From: Acidimicrobiia bacterium
GTDB taxonomy: Bacteria; Actinomycetota; Acidimicrobiia; Spongiisociales; Spongiisociaceae
Assembly: GCA_965231815.1 (NCBI GenBank)
Contig: OZ246890.1
Location: 1,799,469-1,863,468, forward strand
DNA: 64,000 nt
Direction: 5' to 3'
The position numbers were made by a program, and so were the translations under genes. How positions within the stretch are numbered: position 1 is the stretch's first letter; the number at the start of each line of letters is the position of its first letter. The notes beneath the pieces were generated by a model. The model was not told the origin of the DNA. It saw only the letters and a program-made list of their open reading frames with translations, and did no database searches. Below are positions 57,890 to 64,000 of this stretch, piece by piece.

Positions 57890-58774
57890 ATGATTGAAAC
57901 GCGGGTTGTTCGTAGTTCCGATGCCGCTGGTGGGTCGGATGGATCGGAGGGTGGTTTGGAAGAGACCGGAGAGGTGTCGGTTGCTCCGGCCCGTCAGGTT
58001 CCCAAGAAGGCAGCCGCTAAGAAAGCTGCCGCTAAGAAAGCTGCCGCTAAGAAGGCACCTGCCAAGAAGGCTGCCGCTAAGAAGGCACCTGCCAAGAAGG
58101 CTGCCGCTAAGAAGGCTGCCGCTAAGAGGGCTCCCGCCAAGAAGGCTGCCCCTAAGAAAGCTGCCGCCAAGAGGGCTCCCGCCAAGAAAGCGCCCGTGAG
58201 GAGGGCCCCACCCAAGCGCCGGAATCCGCGGTCACGCAAAGCTTCCCGGAAGTCGTCTTCAACCAATAGGCGGAAGATTTCATTCAAAGTAGGCGACAAG
58301 GTAGTCCATCCTCATCACGGAGCTGCGTTGATCACCAGACAAGTTGAACAGGAGGTCGTGGGCGAGAGTCGTTCCTACTTCGAACTCCAAGTTGCAACCG
58401 AACAACTCACCGTGTTCGTGCCGGTAACGTCGATGGATCAGATTATCCGGCCGGTGATCTCCAAGACCGCCGCTACCAAAGTGATGCGCATCTTCAAGGA
58501 AGACCCTCAGTCATCGGGAAACAACTGGAGTCGATGGTACAAGGTGCTCAACGAGAAGATGACCTCCGGCGACATCTACCAAGTGGCGGAGGTGGTCAGG
58601 GATCTGACCTATTCCCAGCACACCAAAGGTATTTCCCCGGCCCTCAAACGCATGCTGTCACGGGCACGGGTAACGCTGACCAGTGAACTCGCCTATGCCC
58701 TCAGTATCAGCACGGAAGAGGCGGTCGAGCGTCTTGATCGGGCTCTCCCCGATGCGGAGTCCGTAGGCGTTTAG
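57890..58774 (+). CDS. carD: CarD/CdnL-family RNA polymerase-binding regulator with ~130-aa N-terminal Lys/Ala-repeat extension
   Basis: [21 protein letters not shown]-interacting domain and [28 protein letters not shown]; N-terminal [10 protein letters not shown] repeats; followed by ispD-ispF-cysS as in mycobacteria. Confidence 0.8.
   Translation: MIETRVVRSSDAAGGSDGSEGGLEETGEVSVAPARQVPKKAAAKKAAAKKAAAKKAPAKKAAAKKAPAKKAAAKKAAAKRAPAKKAAPKKAAAKRAPAKKAPVRRAPPKRRNPRSRKASRKSSSTNRRKISFKVGDKVVHPHHGAALITRQVEQEVVGESRSYFELQVATEQLTVFVPVTSMDQIIRPVISKTAATKVMRIFKEDPQSSGNNWSRWYKVLNEKMTSGDIYQVAEVVRDLTYSQHTKGISPALKRMLSRARVTLTSELAYALSISTEEAVERLDRALPDAESVGV
58005..58195 (+). repeat. Tandem 15-bp coding repeat (GCCGCTAAGAAAGCT-like, AAKKA pentapeptide) inside carD
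   Basis: About 12 consecutive near-identical 15-nt units. Confidence 0.7.
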
Positions 58775-59056
58775 GGCTTGATCGTTCATGTTTCCGGCTC
58801 CCTTGTGTCCTGAGTCGGAGATTCATTGACGATCGCGATAACCATCCGGGTGCACCGGCAGGTTCGGGGGTCCGAGAACGCGAAAAACGCCGGAACGGTG
58901 ACCTCCAAACAGGGCCCGCCCCCGCCTCCACCTCCGAGGTCTCCTGAACGCGATCCGCTGAACCCCGTCGTCGGGGGAGACGGTCGAATTGTCCGCATTT
59001 TGATGATCCCTGCCCCGGTTCGTTCGGTACCGAACAACCCGAACCGGCGGTGTTTA

Positions 59057-59263
59057 ACCCCGATTTTTCATGCGAGGCGTTTGCCCCGGCGATTTGGCAG
59101 CCTGAATGGGCTCCTGACCTGGGATTACGGTGGACTTGACAGGCTCGTCGGGTTGACCGCGACCGTCACCCATGAGCTGTATACGAATGGAGCACGTAAA
59201 ACGGGCTTGACCTGGCGGTTTATGGGTGGGTGTGTCTGGAAACATGAAGAATCAGGGTTAAGG
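59057..59263 (+). repeat. Degenerate family B copy B5
   Basis: Ends CCCCGATTTTTCATG ... GGAAACATGAAGAATCAGGGTTAAGG match B termini at B-like length; interior strongly diverged. Confidence 0.5.
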
Positions 59264-59408
59264 CTATCCACCATTATGCAAACAGGGGGGGACACTTCCG
59301 GAATCCGACACCCGGAATCCGCGACCCAATCCGGAACACACCGGCTGGTCGGATCGATCCTTCCCCCGAGACGAGGCTTCCCGCAACACAAGCGAATAGG
59401 TACGTGCA

Positions 59409-60146
59409 GTGTCTGACCGGCGGATCGAGCGCGTTTGGGGTGTTGTGGTGGCTGCGGGAAGAGGTCGACGCTTCGGAGCGCCCAAACACACCATCCGCTT
59501 CAAGGGCAAGGCTTTGTGGGAATGGGCTCGCGATGCTCTCCTGCAAAGCGGGGCCGATCAGGTGGTCGTGGTGGGACCGGTGCCCGGCGGGGTAGAGGGT
59601 GGTCCGGAACGTCACATTTCGGTTGCCCGCGGCGTAGATGAAGTCGATCTGGCGGCAACCATCGTGGCCGTGCACGATGCAGCCCGACCATTCGCTCCGG
59701 CTCGTATGATCGCCCGCATGTATACCGTGATGAGGGAAGCACGAGCCGATGGTGTTATACCCGTTGTGACCATTCCCGATGCCTTAAAGCATGTCGACGG
59801 GGAGAGCGGTCGGGTAGTGAAGACCCTGAGCAGAGGCAGGGTCTTCGCGGCCCAGACACCCCAGGTGTTCCGTCCTGATGTTCTCCGGCGAGCGCACGCC
59901 CATTACGCCGGGTTGGACTATCCCGACCCGGCGCCCGATGACGCGGCCATGGTCGAGAGGATCGGAGGCCGGGTGGTTACCGTACCCGGTGACCGGTTAG
60001 CCATGAAGATCACCTATCCGGAGGACCTGCTGCTAGCCCGAACCCTGCTCGCCCGGAGTTCCCGACCCGCCGTTGGAGGAGGACAAGATGGGGAAGCTGA
60101 AGTGGATTGTCTTGGCGGAATCCATGTCCGAACCCCAGCTCCGTGA
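59409..60146 (+). CDS. ispD: 2-C-methyl-D-erythritol 4-phosphate cytidylyltransferase
   Basis: VVAAGRGRRFG N-terminal motif. Confidence 0.85.
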   Translation: MSDRRIERVWGVVVAAGRGRRFGAPKHTIRFKGKALWEWARDALLQSGADQVVVVGPVPGGVEGGPERHISVARGVDEVDLAATIVAVHDAARPFAPARMIARMYTVMREARADGVIPVVTIPDALKHVDGESGRVVKTLSRGRVFAAQTPQVFRPDVLRRAHAHYAGLDYPDPAPDDAAMVERIGGRVVTVPGDRLAMKITYPEDLLLARTLLARSSRPAVGGGQDGEAEVDCLGGIHVRTPAP

Positions 60147-60203
60147 GGGAATCCGGATAGAGAGGATGCTCGTGCCATCTAGATCCGCGGTCGATCGGAG
60201 GCC

Positions 60204-60710
60204 GTGATGGGAGCAGCCGTTCGGATCGGTTCGGGGTTTGACTCCCACCGGATCGGAGGAGCCCCACCCTTGAAGTTGGCCGGAGTCGTTGTGGACCGGA
60301 ACCAGGGGCTGGTCGCGACATCCGATGGAGATGTGGTTGCCCACGCCGTTGCCGACGCTCTACTAGGAGGGGCTGCTCTCGGTGATGTGGGAATGCTCTT
60401 CCCGTCCGGGGACGAGCGATGGCGCGGCGCCGACAGCATGGAGCTACTGGCCCGAGTGGTCGATAGTCTCGCCGCCGAGGGAATGGCGATCGGCAACCTC
60501 GATGTCACGGTGATTGCCGAACTGGTCCGGGTAGCTCCCCACCGAGAGTTGATGCGAAGTCGTCTCGCTTCCGTATTGAGAACGGATGTAGACCGGATAT
60601 CGGTCAAAGCCACCACTACCGACGGAATGGGCTCCATAGGTCGTGGGGAAGGCATCGCGGCCTCTGCGGTGGCGCTCCTCGTATCGGTCCCGACGGACGG
60701 CTCGTCTTAG
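60204..60710 (+). CDS. ispF: 2-C-methyl-D-erythritol 2,4-cyclodiphosphate synthase
   Basis: RIGSGFDSHRIG ... DGDVVAHAVADALLGA. Confidence 0.9.
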   Translation: MMGAAVRIGSGFDSHRIGGAPPLKLAGVVVDRNQGLVATSDGDVVAHAVADALLGGAALGDVGMLFPSGDERWRGADSMELLARVVDSLAAEGMAIGNLDVTVIAELVRVAPHRELMRSRLASVLRTDVDRISVKATTTDGMGSIGRGEGIAASAVALLVSVPTDGSS

Positions 60711-60840
60711 CAATACCCGCACCGGCGGGTAACCTTCTCCCAGTGATCCGATATGCCTGTTCCGAAACGCCCGTCCCACCTGCCGTACCCATGTTTGCAG
60801 GCGCCGTTACCATCACGGACAACGGAAGCGTGGGGGCCCG

Positions 60841-62244
60841 GTGACGACTTTCTATAACACCCTCGGTCGGCGACACCAGAGTTTCGAGCCCTTGGAGAAA
60901 GGTCGGGTCACTCTCTACGTGTGCGGGCCAACCGTTCAGTCTGCCCCCCATCTGGGGCACGGACGGAGCGCGGTCGCCTTCGACGTAGTCCGGCGTTACC
61001 TGGTCTGGAGAGGCTGGAAGGTTCAATACGTTCGCAACATCACGGACGTGGACGACAAGATCATCGCCAATGCCTCCCGTCTCGGAGTATCCACCGAGTC
61101 ATTGGCCCGGGACATGGCTGCCCGTTTCCGGGACGCCTACCGGCGGCTTAACGTTCTCGATCCGGACGTGGAGCCGGCGGCGACCGACCACATTCCTGAG
61201 ATGATCGAGATGATTTCCCGGCTGATAAGTCGAGGTTTCGCTTACAAGGGCGGTAAAGATGTCTACTTCCGGGTCCGGGCTCTCGACGGCTACGGGAAGC
61301 TATCGGGTCGGAACGTAGACGAGTTGAGGGCGGGTACGCGGATCGAACCGGGAGTGGACAAGGAAGATCCTCTTGACTTTGCTCTTTGGAAAGCCGCCAA
61401 GCCGGGTGAACCGTTCTGGCCTTCTCCGTGGGGTCCGGGGAGGCCGGGATGGCACATCGAGTGCTCGGCGATGTCCGCCAAGTATCTAGGCACACCGTTC
61501 GATATTCACGCCGGTGGCGCCGACCTGATCTTCCCTCATCATGAGAACGAGATAGCACAGACGGAGGGGGCATCCGGGCGAGGCTTGGCCCGCTACTGGT
61601 TACACAACGGAATGGTCAATCTGGGGGGAGCGAAGCTTTCCAAATCAACCGGACATGTGATCGACTTGGCCGAAGCCATAGCAACGTACGGAGGTCCGGT
61701 AGTTCGCCTGTTCTACCTACGGGCTTCCTACCGTTCTCCCCTGGAGTTCTCGACCGGGTTTCTCGAGGAGGCGGCGATCGGCCTGGAGCGGATCCGGTCC
61801 CTTCTACGGAGAGCGTCGCCGGTCACGGAACCCGGCGATGAGGCGACCCTGGAGCGCTTCGTGGCGGCTATGGATGATGACTTCAATACGGCTGAGGCGT
61901 TGGGAGTGCTCTTCGACGCGGTGCGGGAAGGGAACGCGGTGCTTGACCGCGGGCGGAAGGCCGATCCGTGGGCGTCCGCGGTGCGGGAAATGTGTGACGT
62001 ACTGGGAATTGATCTAGCCGAGGAAGGTCTGGAGGACTTGGAGGTACCTCTTGTCGAGCTCGCCTCCTCCTACGGATTTGCCACTGTGGACTCTTCGATC
62101 GCCCTCGATAACCTGCTCGGCTTGAGGGATAGGGCCAGAAGGGATCGGGACTGGGCACAGGCCGACGCCGTGCGCGATGGCTTGGCGGCGATCGGGATCC
62201 TGTTAGAGGATTCAGCCGATGGCACCCGCTGGTATCGGCGCTAG
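60841..62244 (+). CDS. cysS: Cysteine--tRNA ligase
   Basis: YVCGPTVQSAPHLGHGRS (HIGH) and KLSKSTGH (KMSKS). Confidence 0.9.
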   Translation: MTTFYNTLGRRHQSFEPLEKGRVTLYVCGPTVQSAPHLGHGRSAVAFDVVRRYLVWRGWKVQYVRNITDVDDKIIANASRLGVSTESLARDMAARFRDAYRRLNVLDPDVEPAATDHIPEMIEMISRLISRGFAYKGGKDVYFRVRALDGYGKLSGRNVDELRAGTRIEPGVDKEDPLDFALWKAAKPGEPFWPSPWGPGRPGWHIECSAMSAKYLGTPFDIHAGGADLIFPHHENEIAQTEGASGRGLARYWLHNGMVNLGGAKLSKSTGHVIDLAEAIATYGGPVVRLFYLRASYRSPLEFSTGFLEEAAIGLERIRSLLRRASPVTEPGDEATLERFVAAMDDDFNTAEALGVLFDAVREGNAVLDRGRKADPWASAVREMCDVLGIDLAEEGLEDLEVPLVELASSYGFATVDSSIALDNLLGLRDRARRDRDWAQADAVRDGLAAIGILLEDSADGTRWYRR

Positions 62245-62962
62245 GGTCGAAGGCGTTCACGCGGTCAGGGCGGCGCTGTCCGCCGAGCGGGTGACGCTGC
62301 TCTATGTGGAGCGCGGACGCCGCGATGCGGAGGTCTACGTCGAGGAGGCAAGGCGAACGGGTGCTCAGGCCAAGTTGGTGGACTCGGTCAAGAACCTGGC
62401 GGAAACGGACTCTCCTCAAGGCCTGGTAGCGAAAGCGCGGCCGATCCGGTTCCGGTCCCTTGATCGGATGCTGGCTGTGCAAGCGGGCCGGGTTTTGCCC
62501 GCTCTGCTCGTGCTCGACCATCTCCAGGACCCGAGGAATGTGGGAGCGATAGCGCGTTCCGCGTTCGGCGCCGGTATGACGGGAATGGTAGTCCCGCGCC
62601 GCCGCGCCGCTCCGGTCTCGGCGCTGGCTTTCAAGGCGGCGGCCGGCTCGTTCGAACGGCTCCCGGTGGCCTCCGTGTCCTCGGTGGCGGGAGTCGCCGA
62701 TCGGGCGTCCGGCGCAGGGGTGTGGACGGTAGGTCTAGCCCCGTCGGCTGACGTTCCCCTGTTCGGTCTGAGCCTCCTGGCCGAACCGGTGGCCATTTTC
62801 GTGGGATCCGAGGGCCGAGGTCTTGGCCGCCTGGTCGGCAAACGTCTCGATACCCTGGTCTCTATTCCGATGGCGGCCAGCGCCGCAAGCCTTAACGCAT
62901 CGGTGGCCGCCGCCCTCGCCTGTTTCGAGTTGGCTCGGATTCGAGAACGGTTCGGCGACTAA
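62219..62962 (+). CDS. rlmB: SpoU/TrmH-family 23S rRNA 2'-O-methyltransferase
   Basis: VLDHLQDPRNVGAIARSA and IFVGSEGRGL SPOUT motifs. Confidence 0.8.
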   Translation: MAPAGIGARVEGVHAVRAALSAERVTLLYVERGRRDAEVYVEEARRTGAQAKLVDSVKNLAETDSPQGLVAKARPIRFRSLDRMLAVQAGRVLPALLVLDHLQDPRNVGAIARSAFGAGMTGMVVPRRRAAPVSALAFKAAAGSFERLPVASVSSVAGVADRASGAGVWTVGLAPSADVPLFGLSLLAEPVAIFVGSEGRGLGRLVGKRLDTLVSIPMAASAASLNASVAAALACFELARIRERFGD

Positions 62963-63120
62963 CCGGCGACTGGCGACTGGCCGAGAAGACATCCGGTTTC
63001 AAATGTGTCCGAAGGACAGCAGAACGGCCAATCACGGCTAATCTAGATAGTGCATTGGTGAACCGACTGCAATCTGAACCGGTTCCGGTCCGGATGATCG
63101 GTTATCGGGAGGGAGAGAAG

Positions 63121-64000
63121 ATGCGAAAGCTAGCAATGTTGATCATGTGCCTTGCCTTGGTAGTGGTCTCCTGCGGAGATGGAGAGCAAGAATCGCAACA
63201 GACAACCACGCAGCCGGCTGAGGCCGTGACGACTACCGCGGCGTCCGGCGAGGGCGCATCTTTCGAAGCCGGCCCGTTGGGTGTGGTGGAGGTTGGTGTT
63301 GGTGAGGAGATTCAGGTTCGGTCGTTGAATGCTATTTCGGGGGATGTGGCGTTTTTGGGTCTTCCGAATCAGCGTGGGGTGGAGTTGGCTATTGCTGATT
63401 ATGGGCTGATTGCGGGTCGTTCGGTGTCGTTGGGTACGGGTTTGGATGATTTGTGTTCGCCTGAGGGTGGTCAGGCGTCTGCGCAGTCGGTGGTGGCGGA
63501 TCCGTCTGTGGTGGGTGTGATCGGTACTTCGTGTTCGGGTGCGGCGGTGGCGGCGGCGCCGTTGATTTCGGATGCGGGGATGGTGATGATTTCTCCGTCT
63601 AATACGTCGCCGGCGTTGACGTCGGATTTGGCTGGGACGCCGGGTTCGGCTTATCAGCCGGGGTATTTCCGGACGGCTCATAATGATTTGTTTCAGGGTC
63701 GGGCGGTTGCGTTGTTCGTTCGTAATGAGTTGGGTTTGAACAGGGCGGCGGCTATTCATGATGGTGATCCGTATACGCAGGGTTTGGCGCAGGCGTTTGC
63801 GGATGCGTTTGTGGAGTTGGGTGGTGAGGTTACGACGTTTACGGCGGTTAATAAGGGTGATACGGATATGACCGCGGTGTTGACTGAGGTGTCGTCGGGT
63901 GGTCCTCAGGCGGTGTTTTTCCCGATTTTCATGCCGGAGGGTGGTTTCATCGTTCAGCAGGTGGGTGGTGTGTCTGGTCTTGATGGGGTGGCGTTGATCG
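63121..64000 (+). CDS. Branched-chain amino-acid (LivK/LivJ-family) ABC transporter substrate-binding lipoprotein, 3'-truncated by window end
   Basis: SD GGGAGGGAG upstream of the ATG; lipobox VVVSCG; not in the ORF track because no stop falls within the window. Confidence 0.75.
   Translation, partial: MRKLAMLIMCLALVVVSCGDGEQESQQTTTQPAEAVTTTAASGEGASFEAGPLGVVEVGVGEEIQVRSLNAISGDVAFLGLPNQRGVELAIADYGLIAGRSVSLGTGLDDLCSPEGGQASAQSVVADPSVVGVIGTSCSGAAVAAAPLISDAGMVMISPSNTSPALTSDLAGTPGSAYQPGYFRTAHNDLFQGRAVALFVRNELGLNRAAAIHDGDPYTQGLAQAFADAFVELGGEVTTFTAVNKGDTDMTAVLTEVSSGGPQAVFFPIFMPEGGFIVQQVGGVSGLDGVALI

Noticed and set aside
57994-58299. 101-aa minus-strand ORF made of AAFLAG repeats
   Set aside because: Antisense reading of the AKKAA tandem coding repeat inside carD; a mirror artefact.
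63130-63759. 209-aa minus-strand ORF rich in Arg/His/Thr/Gln repeats
   Set aside because: Low-complexity translation of the antisense strand of the G/T-rich LivK-like gene; no start context or plausible fold. The plus-strand lipoprotein gene explains the region.

Overview
High-GC (~65%) chromosome segment with Actinomycetota-like conserved synteny. Recognised gene orders are tilS-hpt-ftsH-folE-folP-folB-folK, panC-coaX-lysS ... clpC, carD-ispD-ispF-cysS-rlmB, and a sigma factor with a ZAS-type anti-sigma partner. The first ~9.7 kb on the minus strand is a branched-chain amino-acid biosynthesis block (ilvB-ilvN-ilvC-leuA-leuB), with ilvD as a separate minus-strand gene. A candidate leader-peptide attenuator sits upstream of ilvB. 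Accessory material interrupts the conserved backbone at three places. (1) Between ilvD and a K+ channel gene (about 9.7-16.4 kb) lies a three-gene module I cannot assign to a described system. It comprises a 1283-aa Zn-finger + DUF559 (Vsr-like nuclease) + RecQ-type helicase fusion, a translationally coupled 191-aa coiled-coil protein and a metallophosphoesterase. It is flanked by a degraded branched-chain keto-acid dehydrogenase operon scar and by interspersed repeats. (2) A Schlafen-like AlbA_2 ATPase gene sits between folK and the panC locus. (3) Between lysS and clpC, where lsr2 sits in mycobacteria, is a ~10 kb insert. It encodes two selenoproteins with in-frame UGA codons (GrdA, GrdB), a GrdE proprotein homologue, a GrdC-like protein, a 3-keto-5-aminohexanoate cleavage-enzyme homologue, two paralogous amidohydrolases and a nonsense-mutated HEPN-like pseudogene. 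Nine copies of two related MITE/MIRU-like interspersed repeat families (A ~115 bp, B ~208 bp) are scattered through intergenic regions. One polyprenyl synthase gene is bracketed by two direct copies. Other oddities: a CarD with an N-terminal AKKAA-repeat tail, a K+ channel with a GYRE (not GYGD) filter, a DisA with RFR instead of RHR, a pseudo-phosphatase-like ORF inside the folate operon, and two substrate-binding lipoprotein genes whose mature domains have a sharply different G/T-rich composition. No rRNA, CRISPR array or recognisable transposase gene was seen. One tRNA-Thr(CGT) is present.
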